A stretch of DNA of 64,000 nucleotides from Podarcis gaigeae (Eukaryota), in assembly GCA_964106915.2 (NCBI GenBank), contig OZ066919.1. One strand, given 5' to 3'. Shown here one piece after another: positions 30,183 to 42,640 of the stretch. The translations under genes were made by a program, and so were the position numbers. The notes under the pieces were generated by a model. That model searched no databases. It was not told where the DNA came from and was given only the letters and a program-made list of their open reading frames with translations. The first letter of the stretch is position 1. Each line of letters begins with the position of its first letter.

Positions 30183-30704
30183 CTAAGAAGATAAAAATGG
30201 AAGAGCTTTCTCATTATTGCAGCGGGCGTTCTAGCAGCGTTCTTAAAACTGTGGTCCACAATATTCAAGAGATCATGAAAGAAACATTGAAGGAAAATGC
30301 TATAAAGCCAGGGTTTTCTGTTTATGTCAAACCCAATCAACGTCTGTGTTTGTATATGTGGCTGGGCGGAGGGAGGCCCAAACACATGTCTCTAAGAGTT
30401 TCATTTATCTCTCCTCCTCCCCCTCCAGTTTACAGCTGTCCTTAAGAATTCTCTTATGCAATTACTGTCACATAAGAAATTAGTGACCTGCAAACAATAA
30501 TCAAAAACAGTGGTCTACGATACAAAGAAATTTAAGAATTCCTAGAGTTTCAAAGCATGAAAGAAAACACTAAGCCAACAGCAAAAATCATGGTTGGCTG
30601 TCAGAGGTTGTAGAACTAAAGCAAGAACTTGCCTTAGTGGCCAATGGAGTGCCAAGGAAAGAACAGGCTCCATTGGGCCCAGCCCCATGAGGCTCCAGAG
30701 TGAA

Positions 30705-30705
<1 letters not shown>

Positions 30706-30753
<48 letters not shown>
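30706..30753 (+). repeat. (CTG)16 microsatellite, SLC35D1 intron 5
   Basis: Direct reading. Confidence 0.97.
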
Positions 30754-30756
<3 letters not shown>

Positions 30757-31846
30757 CCAAGGGAGCTGAAGCGGTTTCACCCTGGCGCCTTGCAGGGCCG
30801 GGCCAATAGAATTTGTTCCTCCCTCCACTTTTCAACATTGCAATGTATCACTAAACCACAATGTTGGCTGGCGACACACTGCGATGTTGGAAAGCTGATT
30901 ATTGCCCAGCCCTCTCCTGCACCCATCCTCCCATTTTCCAAAGGAGAAGAGTGTTTTCTTGTAATGTTGAATTTTGGCACAAAGCTCAGCATGCTCTTAG
31001 AAATTTCCTTCTCCAACTTCCCTTGTATGCAAAATGGACTTGAGAAAGGAGTCACTGGTACACATTAATAAGTCTGGCCTAAGCTTGTAGACCCACAACA
31101 CTTGACAGTATTCTTTTAATTCATTTTTCATATGAAAATTTAGCAAAGAAAAGCAAGTAAGAAATATATGAATACCAAGAGTAACGAAACAAAAAACTCA
31201 CTATCAGTTCATGTTACAGATACAGTAACCATCAGTACCTGTTTCTTAAGTTAAATAGATAAATTATTATAACCCGCCCCCCCCCCCGATGACCAAATAG
31301 TCATCTAAACAATATTTATGTCTATATGAAATATATTCAAATGTAGCCAGGGCAGTGAGGTCTTCAAAACAATGGAAAACAGACATTGGTCCTTCAGGGC
31401 TCCAAGTATGTCTCTTAGCAACCATAAGGGCTCACAAAATCCACTTTTGTTGTCCTGCTGTTAATCCTCACACTACAGGAGTATAATTGAAAAATACATA
31501 AGCATCTGGCAGTATGAAGGATTTCACCAATGCAAAACCGATGCAGATAACAACTTCAAACCAAAAAGAAGACATCGCTGGACAAAGCCCACATCATATG
31601 TGGGATTCTCAGCATTGCATCTCCAGTACTGGAGATTGATCAGTGCCTTCCTATACAAATGTGGAGTCCCATGTGCTTGAAATATTTCCTTTGTTCAACC
31701 CTAAGAACTACAAAGGATGCTTGACCTTGTGCAGGCTGCATGCCGGCATAACCAAAGGGAAATATAATGGCACTGCCATTGGCTGTATCCACCCATATGA
31801 CACAAAACACATGAAGCAACACAGTACTGTACCATCTCACAACTCA

Positions 31847-32011
<165 letters not shown>

Positions 32012-32688
32012 TCAACATCAAAGCTCATAGTGTGGTGAATGAGAACAGATGTCCCTGGGGGAAAGTCACAGGTGATTTTTATTTTTATTTTTAAAAAAAG
32101 ACTGTCTCCAACGTTTGTCAGAAGCAGGGGAAACAGGCTAGAAAATTCAATTCTTCAAAATTTAACAGTTTTGTCTTACACACGTGCAGCCCAACTGTAT
32201 TAGCTATTTTGAAGCTTGGAAACTGTGCGCAGAAAAGCTATTTATAAGTACACACTCTCTCTTCCAGTTCATGCCCTTGAAATGAGTTGGGATCTCAAGT
32301 TACAAGACCCTACATTTAAGGTTATATTTAACCACCAGTCCAGGCTGGTTACCAAAGCAAGTACCTGCCCACATCTGCACTAGGATGCAGAGAGAAATCA
32401 TTTGTTGAAAGGCTATTATATAATAATGTCTTATTCTTAACTGTACATGTCTTGCCTAGCCAGGAAAACAGGTGGCACACAAGTGGTGGAAAGCAGAAAT
32501 GAGATGCCTGACGTTGGCTCTAAAGTCTTATTTTTCAAACAATGGACTGACTGTGATTATCAGTTAAACATCTAGCTAGTTTAGATGACAACCTTGAGCT
32601 AGGTTAAGAACTTTTGAGAATTTAAGAAAAGTCACTTTTATCCAGTTGACTTGATAAAAGTCCACATATAAAAGTCTACGTATATATT

Positions 32689-33008
32689 AAAGGTAAAGGG
32701 ACCCCTGACCATTAGGTCCAGTCGTCACTGACTCTGGGGTTGCGACGCTCATCTCGCTTTATTGGCTGAGGGAGCCGGCATACAGCTTCCGGGTCATGTG
32801 GCCAGCAGCGCACGGAAACGCCGCTTACCTTCCCGCCAGAGCGGTACCTATTTATCTACTTGCACTTTGATGTGCTTTCAAACTGCTAGGTTGGCAGGAG
32901 CAGGGACCAAGCAACGAGAGCTCACCCCGTCGCAGGGATTCGAACTGCCGACCTTCTGATCGCTAAGTCCTAGGCTCTGTGGTTTAACCCACAGTGCCAC
33001 CTGCGTCC
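32689..33008 (-). mobile_element. Sauria SINE (Squam1), internal deletion
   Basis: tRNA-like head, GTGCAAGTAGATAAATAGGTAC body, CCTTTACCTTT tail. Confidence 0.93.
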
Positions 33009-33182
33009 TTCATGCCTGACGTTACGTGTGCTTAATTTGGAGACAGGTCCTGTGGTGCACCCTGTGGATCTACACACAAGTGCATAGACTTGCATCCTAA
33101 GAACATGCTGTGTTTAAAATCTGCAGGGCAGCATCAGGAAAGGTCACCTGCAGCTTTCCAGTCTGTTGTGTGCAAATGACAC

Positions 33183-33216
<34 letters not shown>

Positions 33217-33874
33217 TCCAATTCAATCTATGGAAGTTCATGGAGGTTCTGAACGATTGTTGGTAAGCTCAAATAAGGGTGAGCAAATGGAAGCTTAATC
33301 CAGACACGACAAAAGCAGTCAGGGTTAGCAGAACCACTGATCTGGAAATGGGGATACAATCTATTCTGAATGGGACAACACTGCCCTTGAAGAAGGCTTC
33401 ACAGGCTTGGAAGTGCTCCTGGACAAAGCCTTGCTCCAGGATGTAGCTGTGGCCAGGAGTACCTTTGGTCCAGCTGGATCTAGCATGCACTAAAGTTTCT
33501 GTAGCACACTCTACTTGGATAGTGGCCTGGTTCACATGTCTTGCTCAGCCAAACCATGACTTAGTGAGACATGCAAACCAGGCCTTTGTCTGGAAGGCTT
33601 TGGGTTGAAGCCAATCACCAGAAGCATAAAACTCCTTTGTTATAGACTGCTAGTCTATTTCTGGACTAGTTTTCACTTTTAAATCCCTAAAGGGTTTGGA
33701 ACCAGAATATCTGAGGAATTGCTTCGTTTTTAATTTGATCAGTATTATCTGAGGTTTCACCGTATTTTATGTTTATTAGTCTGAAATACTACATTTTAAA
33801 AATTATTTATAGAATATGAACCAGCTTGAAGACAAGAAACAGGCTGAAAGTATTTTAATAAACAAGAGTCCTAA

Positions 33875-34305
33875 ATGGCTGCCAATAAGTTTCCAGGCCC
33901 AATTCAAAATGCTGGTTTTGACCAATAAAGCCCTAAATGACTCAGGACCACAATACCTCATGAACTCCCTCTTTCCATATGAACCGACCCAGACCCTGCA
34001 ATCATCATTTGAGGCCTTTCTTCATGCACCTCCTCCATGGCAGGTTGTAGTTGGCAACGTGAGAACAAGCCTTTTCTGCGGTGGCTCCCCATTTGTGGGA
34101 GGTTCTGCCCAGGGAGGTTCATTATACACCTTTAGGCGCCAGGCAAAAACATTCCTCTCCAACCAGGCTTTTGGCTGATTAAATATGTTTGTAGAGGGAG
34201 TTATTGGTGTGGTTTTGTTTTTTTTAAATGTATTTTGGGTTTTAATCTTGTATTTTTATGTTGCAAATAGCCTTGAGATCTACGGATGAAAGGTGGTTTT
34301 TTTTA

Positions 34306-34351
<46 letters not shown>
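33875..34351 (+). mobile_element. L2-type LINE 3' fragment ending in (TAT)n
   Basis: WLPISFQAQFKMLVLTNKALN motif; (TAT)n at 34306-34351. Confidence 0.75.
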
Positions 34352-34352
<1 letters not shown>

Positions 34353-34892
34353 CAGCTAGGGAAGGTAGTAGGCCTTGGCATTTGATATTCCACAGCTCTT
34401 GACAGATTTATGCAGTAACAAGAAACTTATCACAATGTTTTCAATGTTGCTTTTTAAAATACTGAATCAACAAGGCTCTATTGAAAAGCATCTTAAGGCT
34501 ACAATTCTATACCCACTCACCTGGGAATTAGCCTCATTAAACTCAACAGAACTCACCTGAGTAACTAAGGATGTGCTGGAAGAGAGCAGAAAACCAGCTG
34601 AAGCCCCACCCCACCCCTTTCAGATAATCTGTTTGTTTGTTTTTTGTTTTTTTTTTATGATTGGCAGAGAATCTGAAAGAGCTGATTAAATGACTTGGTG
34701 ATTACTTTTATGTCCTTCTAAATTATTTATTACTAAATATGCATAGCTGAATTATGTTATATATTAATGCCAATTGTTTTGTTATATATAACTGTGACAT
34801 GACACCAGATTTGAGAATTATGGTATACTGAAACATATAAATAAATTATAAACAAATGTTCTACACAATTTTCATTCACTAAATTTGAAGTA

Positions 34893-35132
34893 CAGTGGTA
34901 CCTCAGGTTACATATGCTTCAGGTTACATACGCTTCAGGTTACAGACTCCGCTAACCCAGAAAGTGTTTCAGGTTAAGAACTTTGCTTCAGGATAAGAAC
35001 AGAAATCGGGCTCCGGCGGTGCAGCAGCAGCAGGAGACCCCATTAGCTAAAGTGGTGCTTCAGGTTAAGAACAGTTTCAGGTTAAGAACGGACCTCCGGA
35101 ACAAATTAAGTACTTAACCCGAGGTACCACTG
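34893..35132. mobile_element. Tc1/mariner-type MITE
   Basis: TIRs CAGTGGTACCTCAGGTTA / TAACCCGAGGTACCACTG; TA TSD. Confidence 0.92.
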
Positions 35133-35253
35133 TAATCAAAAAGTCCCTTCAAATTTAAGTACAGACCAACCAGAATTCAGATTACATTTTAATAAAAGCT
35201 CAATATTTTTTTTAAAATAAAAGATTAATAAAATCGTATCTTATTATCCATAC

Positions 35254-35321
35254 TTCAATTTCTTTGTGCTGAACAGTCCTGTGATTTGGTTCCCGAAATA
35301 CAGGAGAGGTAGTGGAAAAGT
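35254..35321 (-). CDS. SLC35D1: SLC35D1 exon 4
   Basis: TFPLPLLYFGNQITGLFSTKKL(N); AG/GT. Confidence 0.97.
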
Positions 35322-36199
35322 CTAGAAAGTTATGAGAGGGATAAAATAACATTCAATAAACAGGTCAAGTCAGTTGGCCGTGTAACCTTTCAAAACATTT
35401 GCACAGTTTTGTTGTTGTTGCTATTTTTTGTTTTGTTTTTTTGCAATGGGAACAGTTTTCACCAGCAGGCACACAACATAGCAAGCCTTAGGAAATGCAT
35501 AATCATGCTTCAACTGTAGCATAAAAGCTTTTGCATATTAGGGCAGTATGGTTTCACATTCTGACTTACAACACCAGCAACACACATCCTTCCTTTTTCT
35601 CAAGACTGTGTAGAATTCTGGAAACACACACATAACATCTGTCACATCAGACATTCAGTCTTCCAAGTTACACCAAGAGAGTGGGCATGGGAAGAGGAAC
35701 AAGCGCATGCAGATGTATAAACCCAGGCTAATGCTATGTTAAATAGGTCATGTACATGTACAGCAGCGGCACACCAGGAATTCATGGTAAACTAGACCTC
35801 TATAAACTGACGTTCTATTAAGCATGATGCTCCGCACGGCGATGTTTCTTTTACACGCCCGATCATGCTTAAATCCAACCTCAGAAAGCATAATTTGAGG
35901 GACCTTCAGAAATAATATAAACATGGACATATGGACATATATTCCGCAGGCAATTACTCTAAGAGGCAAGTCCCTTTGATTTAAATGACTCCCTTCTAAA
36001 TAAGCTGATACAGGTCTGGTGGGTGTAACTTTGGCCCTTGCTTGTCCAGTGTTAGTGGACATTTTTTTCAGTTTGTGCAGCTCAAGGACCTGGGCAGAAT
36101 CCTTGGAATATGTGCCAGATCCTTGCTCTTCCTGGTTCATTGAAAAGGCCAGCGAGGGACTGGCTTAGAAGATGAAGGGAGTGGTCAATGCCTGTTTTA

Positions 36200-37100
36200 T
36201 AGTGGCTTCATTCCTTCTGGGCTGGAGGAGGAGGAACAAGCTGAAACTTAATCCAGACAAGGCAGAGGTGCTCTTGGGGTCAGTCGGAAGGCAGAACAGG
36301 GAGTAGGGATTCAGCCTGTGCTGGATGGGGTAACACTCCCCCTGAAGACACAGGTTCATAGTCTGGGTGTGCTTCTGGACCCAGCCCTGAGCATGGATGC
36401 CCATGTCATTGTGACTGCAAATTTGGCACCTGCACAATTAAAGCTATCACGTTAGTGGCAGCCGTTCCTTGAGATGTCTGATTTGGCTACAGTGACGCAC
36501 GATGTGGGGCTGCCTTTGAAAAGCGCTCTGAAACTTCAACTGGCTCCAGGAGCTGCAACCAGATTCTTGACCAGGGGCGGGTTATAAGGAGCATACGGCT
36601 CCCTTGCCACAACAGCTCCAACTACCTACCAGTTTCTTTCTAGGCACAAGGCAAATTGGTGGTTATGACCTATGAAGCCCTACACGGCTTACGTCCAGGC
36701 TATTTGAAAGAGAGGATTGCCTCATACAAACCTGCCTGGGTTCTCAGGGGGAGATGCTTCTCTCAGTTCTTCGACTCTCACAGGTAACGGGGGAGAGCCT
36801 TCTCAGTGGCTGCTCCCAGATTTTGGAACCCCCTCCCTAGAAAAGCTACATTGGCTCCTTCCTTGTTGTCTTCCCCTCTGCAAGTGTAGGGCTTTTGGGA
36901 ACTGACTGCTTTTAATGAAAGGGATAGTGCTGTGCTGCTTTGATTGTAATGATTTGTGCATTTTTAATAGATCTTAATTCTATTAATATTTAATCGTTTT
37001 TTAAAAATTATCTCCTCCCCCCACCTATATTTTTTGCTGTTTGTATTTTATCTGTAAGCTGCCTTGAGTATTGTCAGGCAAAAAGGTGGGAAATAAATAG
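36200..37100 (+). mobile_element. L2-type LINE fragment
   Basis: NKLKLNPDKAEV motif (AACAAGCTGAAACTTAATCCAGACAAG) and downstream L2 3' motifs. Confidence 0.75.
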
Positions 37101-37885
37101 CTTGCCTAGGATTGTACCGTGTGGCATTCTTAACTGGGAATAAAACCCTTCAACTCTAGCAGAACATACCTATGAGGGCCAAATCAAACATTATATTAAA
37201 TGCATGATGGGAAGGTAGTCTTTTGTGATGCACAGGGAATGAGGGTGGCTCCAACAGGGGCCTCTCTCCCACAGCAAACAACAAGCAGCTCCAGGGTCTG
37301 TGTGGTTTTTTGAGGACTACAGCACTACTAGAAAAGGTTCAGCCCTCTTCTCCCTGTACACGGCTGCAGTGACTCAATTCTCATCAACAAATTTAGTCCT
37401 GTTACCTTAACATCACATGAATCAGAAACCATTTTGGCATTTGTGCCAAATCATTTTGTTTGCTTGTTTATCTGACCTCTACAGATTAGCATCTATAATT
37501 ACATTTATCAGATTCTTCCACCCAAAGTAGGATAGCAACTCTGGAAAGTTATACTACAACAAGTCAGTTAGACACAGTGGAATCTGCCTTCTTTGCTGCA
37601 GACTCACAGCTGCCCATAATAAATGAATCCTGTACAAAAGGAAAATAAAAATGCATTGGAATGACCTAACAGCACTTTTTAAATAGTTTTCTAATTTGTC
37701 ATGAGCAGCAAGCAGTACTTGTATTAATGCATTTTGATGCCTTCCTTGAAAGTTGTTCTATCTTGCATTCTTTCTACAGAATATACATACACCAGAACAA
37801 TTTAGACCACTCTTCCCCATTATGGGCATGTACGGCAAGAACTACGCTTCTGCCAGTGGCTTTGTAAATGAGAGAAATATCATAC

Positions 37886-37972
37886 CTTTCGAGGTATATT
37901 TCTGTCAAAGTCTGGAAACTTCACCACCCTGAGTGCCTTTCCCACCCAGAGCACAACCACCGTAGCCAACAT
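37886..37972 (-). CDS. SLC35D1: SLC35D1 exon 3
   Basis: [29 protein letters not shown]; AG/GT. Confidence 0.97.
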
Positions 37973-38059
37973 CTGTGAAAGGAACAAGAGAGATCACTAT
38001 TTTGCCTCTCCCTCTCCCGGCCCAATTAGAAATTTTCTTATTCAAAATTTCCAACTAAC

Positions 38060-38093
38060 CTGGCCTAGTCCCACACACAGCGAAGAAGGAAAT
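38060..38093 (-). CDS. SLC35D1: SLC35D1 exon 2 (34 nt)
   Basis: FPSSLCVGLGQ; AG/GT; phases fit exons 1 and 3. Confidence 0.96.
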
Positions 38094-38689
38094 CTGTAAC
38101 AAACAGCAGACAAATTAAACTAAACAGTGGCAACCTTCAGTGAATCATGCATAATGGAAAAAGGCTAGCCTTTGGCAGGAAAAGTTGTTTGTGGCTCACT
38201 CTCCTGCCTCAGATATAACGAATATATGGAACAGTAATAACCAAGAACTCAACGTATTTAAAAAATCATTTGCCTCCAGCAACCAACACTCTTGCATGCA
38301 TAGTCCTAACATGCTGAACTATATTTGCATAGCAGTTAGATGGCAGCATCAGTCGCTTCTTTTAATGTGTCTGTTCTGGAAGTAAACACACATATACACA
38401 AAGTGTACACAGTAGGAGGGACATTTAAAAAAAAAATGGAGAAGGGAATGTTTAACTGTTTCAATAAACCCTTTAAAACTGGGTGCCACGAAGAAGCAAA
38501 GCTGAACCCCAACATTCGCGTTATTGAAAATTATGGGGCTACACAGTGCAAAGCTCGCTGAGTTCAATGGAGCCAACAGGCTGAACAGGTACAGAATCGC
38601 AGCCTTGTGCTCTCTAAGCTAAATACTCCTTCCGTTTTGGGGATGGAGGTTTGAGGGCGCCTGGCAACTTCTGACCAAGCCATCTTATC

Positions 38690-39920
38690 TACACGCGGCC
38701 TTCATAGATGTATTTTTTTGGGGGGGGGAGGGGCGGAGGCGTGCGCTATGCCCACCGCAAATGCCCGTGCCTGGAAGTTGGGAAGAGCGAGAGGAAGGCA
38801 CCGCCACCACCCCGCGCTACTGAACATGGAGGCTTGTGGAGCGTTCCTCCTCCGAAAGCAACTTGGGAGCGGGCTCTGCAGAAGCAGCAGCAGCAGCCAC
38901 AAAGCCGAGTCCTCGCGGCCGCCTGCAGCTCAGCGCCCACGCCGGCCTGCTCCACCTCCTTTCTCCGCGCGAGTTAATCTGTAACCCGGCCGGCGCTGCC
39001 CCTCCACTTGGCGCCGGCGGCGGCGAACTTTGCCCGGAGCTCTCCCACCCGCCTCCCTTACCCGTAGCTGGTGAGGACGCTCTTGTTGACCACGACGATG
39101 AGGAAGGAGCTGAAGCCGTAGAAGGCAGCCGCCAGCAGCTTGAGGCAGACGGTGAGGCTGGGCGCCGCCGCCATGCCCGGCTCCTCATCTCCGCGAGCTG
39201 CTGCTGCTGCTGCTGCTTCTGCGGTGGGGGCTTCTCCCTTCACGCCAGAAGCCTGACGTCTGCGCGCGGCCGCCGACATGGTTGCAAGCTGAACGTCAGA
39301 CGGGGCGGAGCGGGACGCGGGCGGCATCGAAGCCAGGAGAGGCTGGGCCCAAGGGGGGCTGCCCGACGGCGTGCAGGGAGGGCGCAGCAGCAGGAGGAGG
39401 AGCGCGCAAAGCCGTGACGCGCCAGGGGCGCAGCGGGGCTCTGTTCCTCAAGCAGCAACGTGCGAGCCCGGCGTGTTGTTCTTCTGAGCGGCAAAGGGGT
39501 CGTTGTCTCCCAGCCCCGAAAGATTAGGCTGCGTCCTCCTGCGCACTTAAGTCGCTCCCCTACCCGGGAAAGGGCGGCGTCGCTTCAGCCAAGCCACCGC
39601 GTCGGAACCAGTTCTAAGACACAGAGCCAGCGAGCCACGCGACAGAATTTCCCCCGAGCGCGCAAAGGGTGCCCTTATTTTTTGCTCCTAGCCACAGTGC
39701 GGGGCTAACGCCACCACGAGAAGCCCAGGTGGGGGCGGCAGGGTAGCAGGGAAACTAAGAGTCTCTTGTCTCCCATCACGTGTTGAGAAGGGATCACGTG
39801 CAGCGCCGCCAACACGCTTGCGAGCCACGTCCGTCGGGGGCGTGAGAAGAGGCCCTTTGCGCAGAAATAGAAGTTCACAGTGCTCCTTCCTGCGCTTTAT
39901 CGCGCCGCGTGGGGGTGGGC
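38690..39920. promoter_or_regulatory. CpG island / SLC35D1 promoter
   Basis: Very GC- and CpG-rich around exon 1; GC box GGGGCGGAG near 39302; CACGTG E-boxes near 39777 and 39795. Confidence 0.9.
39062..39279 (-). CDS. SLC35D1: SLC35D1 exon 1 coding part (UDP-GlcA/UDP-GalNAc transporter)
   Basis: ACCATG start; MSAAARRRQASGVKGEAP...LTVCLKLLAAAFYGFSSFLIVVVNKSVLTSY; donor GTAAGG; the 12 exons sum to 1083 nt in frame. Confidence 0.95.
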
Positions 39921-40884
39921 AGGCCCCCCAATCAAATTAATGAATAAATAAAAATACCAAACTAACTGACCAATTGTGGCGCAGATAACTCGGTCCTGGG
40001 AGCCCCCAAACATGAAGTTTGCCGCCCCCCAAATCCTGGCTATGCCCATACCGCCGCCCACCCCCCTAATATGATTGCTTTATAAAGGATGCAACTATAA
40101 GGTACATGGAAGTCTAGCTTAGTAGCAGTTAATATAAAAGTTCAAAAAGTTGTTTCATTTTACATATAAGGAGCCACAGGCGTTTCCTTAAGTACATAGG
40201 TGGTTCATATTACGTGGTTAGCATTAAATGCCGAATTATTACTTTACCAATTTCCATGACTGCATAGTGGTAATTATTCCCATATGCACTCACTAGAATT
40301 ACTTTATCTTTTTGGAGCTCAGGAACTGCTCCAGATTGGTGGGGGTTGCAACATGTCATTGATGCAATGATAATACATTAATGTTGGATTTGTACAGAAC
40401 CATTCACACATTCCACTTTGTGAGTTGTTCCTGCTTTACTTCCCCCAAAATAACATGTTAATTGCTATCTGGAAGGACACTCTTATGCTGAAGAGAGCCA
40501 GTGTGGTGTAGTGGTTAAAAGCGGTAGGCTTATTCGATCCACTTAGAGGTTTGCAGTCTCTCTATGTACACATGCAAACACACACCTCTATCCTGGTAAG
40601 TCCAGAACATCACAATTCCAAGAACACATTCCAGCCATGAAAAAACATCAAGGGTGTGTCATTGGGAGGTGCATGACCTGGGCATAGCCGCAACAGTGAG
40701 ATAATAGAGGGCTGGAGGTCTGCATTTGGCCTTTGGGCTGAGGTTTCCCACCCCTCATTTAGAGCTTTAAAGGCCAGGACCTTGAACTGAGTTTGGATGC
40801 CACCTAGTAGCCAGCAACACTCTTTCAATAACATGGAGTATGCACCTAGGAATTCACCAGGCAGCTTTGGTTAACCTCTTTACT

Positions 40885-41017
40885 GTATCTGAAGAAGTGT
40901 GCATGCACACGAAAGCTCATACCAAGAACTAACTTAGTTGGTCTTTAAGGTGCTACTGGAAGGACTTTTTTTTGTTTTGACTATGGCAGACCAACCCGGC
41001 TACCTATCTGTAACTGT
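40885..41017. mobile_element. Penelope-like element terminal fragment
   Basis: CTGAAGAAGTGTGCATGCACACGAAAGCTCATACC...TTAGTTGGTCTTTAAGGTGCTACTGG; flanking direct repeat CTCTTTACT (40876-40884, 41020-41028). Confidence 0.75.
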
Positions 41018-41330
41018 AACTCTTTACTAGCCTTCACTTTCCCCTCTCGGAGTGGAAATTAGTACTGGAATGCCAATGCAACATCACATTTTGTGAGACT
41101 CTGGCAAAACATCAGATGGCACATGGCATTTGCTGCTTCAGTGCATCTGATATTCTACTGCCAAGCTACTATATCATTCATAATAATAATAAAAAACTAC
41201 GTATTGACAAAGATACCTCCCTCACTGGTTGCAATCCCTTTGGACTACATTGTGGCAACAGATTTGGGGGAAGTGGTTATTGTAGAGATTTATTATGCAC
41301 TTCACACAACAGTCATTTCAGAGGTTGAAG

Positions 41331-42392
41331 CTACTTTTCATTACCCACAGGTAACAGGTTCTGCATGCTCGGATCCCTATGGGATTCGGAGACATCGAAT
41401 TCTGCTGTTGGTATGCTTATAACTGGAGCGTGTGCAGACCCAGCGCTTTGCTCTTCTGAACATGCGGTCAATTCTGATTTCTGGGGCTCAAGGCTACTAT
41501 TTACTTCTTCCTGAAAGCTCCTTAGTGATAGTGATGACGTTGGCCCAATTAACCTCTCACTGTCTTCTTGGGCTGGGGACTGGACTGAGACTTCCATGTT
41601 GCTTGCCCTGTTTTCATCCAGAAAAGGTTTCTGGTGTGAATTATCCTGGTGCTTCACTTCAGACTTGCTGCTTTCCACTGATACGATTTTAGCACAACTA
41701 TGAGATGAGCATGAACTGCGAGCTGAAGGGACGGAGTTTTGGTGGTTAGCGAGTTTATTTCCAGATCTTGGAATTGGAATTGGCTTTGAGATGGGGATGT
41801 AGTCCACAAAAAGCACTCTATCCTTCTTACGGGGTTCTTCGGGGGAAGCTAACTCCTTCTCAAAAAAATCTGGAAGTTGGGATTTTATTCCTGAAATCAG
41901 ACTTCTAGATGAAATAGTACGGTATATGGCCAGCGTTGGATTCTCTCCACATACCATAAGGCCTTCTTTCTGACGCTGAGGCATGTTTGTTGAAATACTC
42001 CTTTCAGGGACCGTATGTCTGCTGAACGTTTTTGTGACACTTGCACTCATCTTCTGAACAATCTCTTTCTGAGAACTTGTGAAGATATCATCACATGGTG
42101 TTTTCTTCACAGATAAAATCTGAACAGCGATGCGTTTTGGTTTCCCAGACAGGGCTGGCTTTTTCTTCCTCTTTGTAGTTTCATTTGGGGGAGAATTTTG
42201 TTTACTTCTGGTGATTGCAGTAGATTCATTATAGTTATTTCGTAGGACCGGGTTTAGCTGCATGCATATTTCACCACTCCTATTCACACCATAAAATGCT
42301 CCTTCCCCATACATAGAAAGACATGTATTCAATGCATGCTTCTTTACATACCCTTCATTGTGGCAGTAGACAGGAAATGATTCACTTGACTT
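41331..42392 (-). CDS. C1orf141: C1orf141-like terminal coding exon
   Basis: Acceptor AG at 42393-42394; 353-codon open frame starting KSSESFPVYCHNEGYVKK (cf. recalled human EQKDTNPIIFHDTEYV); AATAAA on minus at 41289-41294; syntenic position. Confidence 0.75.
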   Translation of the reverse strand, partial: KSSESFPVYCHNEGYVKKHALNTCLSMYGEGAFYGVNRSGEICMQLNPVLRNNYNESTAITRSKQNSPPNETTKRKKKPALSGKPKRIAVQILSVKKTPCDDIFTSSQKEIVQKMSASVTKTFSRHTVPERSISTNMPQRQKEGLMVCGENPTLAIYRTISSRSLISGIKSQLPDFFEKELASPEEPRKKDRVLFVDYIPISKPIPIPRSGNKLANHQNSVPSARSSCSSHSCAKIVSVESSKSEVKHQDNSHQKPFLDENRASNMEVSVQSPAQEDSERLIGPTSSLSLRSFQEEVNSSLEPQKSELTACSEEQSAGSAHAPVISIPTAEFDVSESHRDPSMQNLLPVGNEK

Positions 42393-42507
42393 CTAGAGAA
42401 AGGAGGAGAGAAATGTTAAAACCTTTCACACCAACAAAACTGATATATTCATACATATGTAGAATTATATAAACACAGAAAACTGACTTATACTAAATTT
42501 GAATATT

Positions 42508-42640
42508 GGTCCATTTAGTCCAGTATGGTTTACACTGACCAGCAACAAATCTTCAGGATTTTAGGCAGAACTCTCTCGGAGCGCTCCGTTGGAGATGCTA
42601 GGGATTAGACCTGGGCCTTATGTACACATATGCTCTGCCT
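42508..42640 (-). mobile_element. Squam3-like SINE (degenerate)
   Basis: Reverse complement resembles the GTCAGTGTAGACAATACTG...TAGATGGACC body. Confidence 0.6.

Noticed and set aside
30542-31068. Poly-Q, poly-A and poly-L ORFs
   Set aside because: Artefacts of the intronic (CTG)16
33269-33535. ORF starting MNQATIQV, resembling the recalled human IL23R N-terminus MNQVTIQW
   Set aside because: Wrong position and strand, no signal peptide, overlaps an L2-like remnant in an SLC35D1 intron; coincidence
38708-39708. Several long ORFs over the CpG island
   Set aside because: Expected by-products of high GC content and antisense to SLC35D1 exon 1
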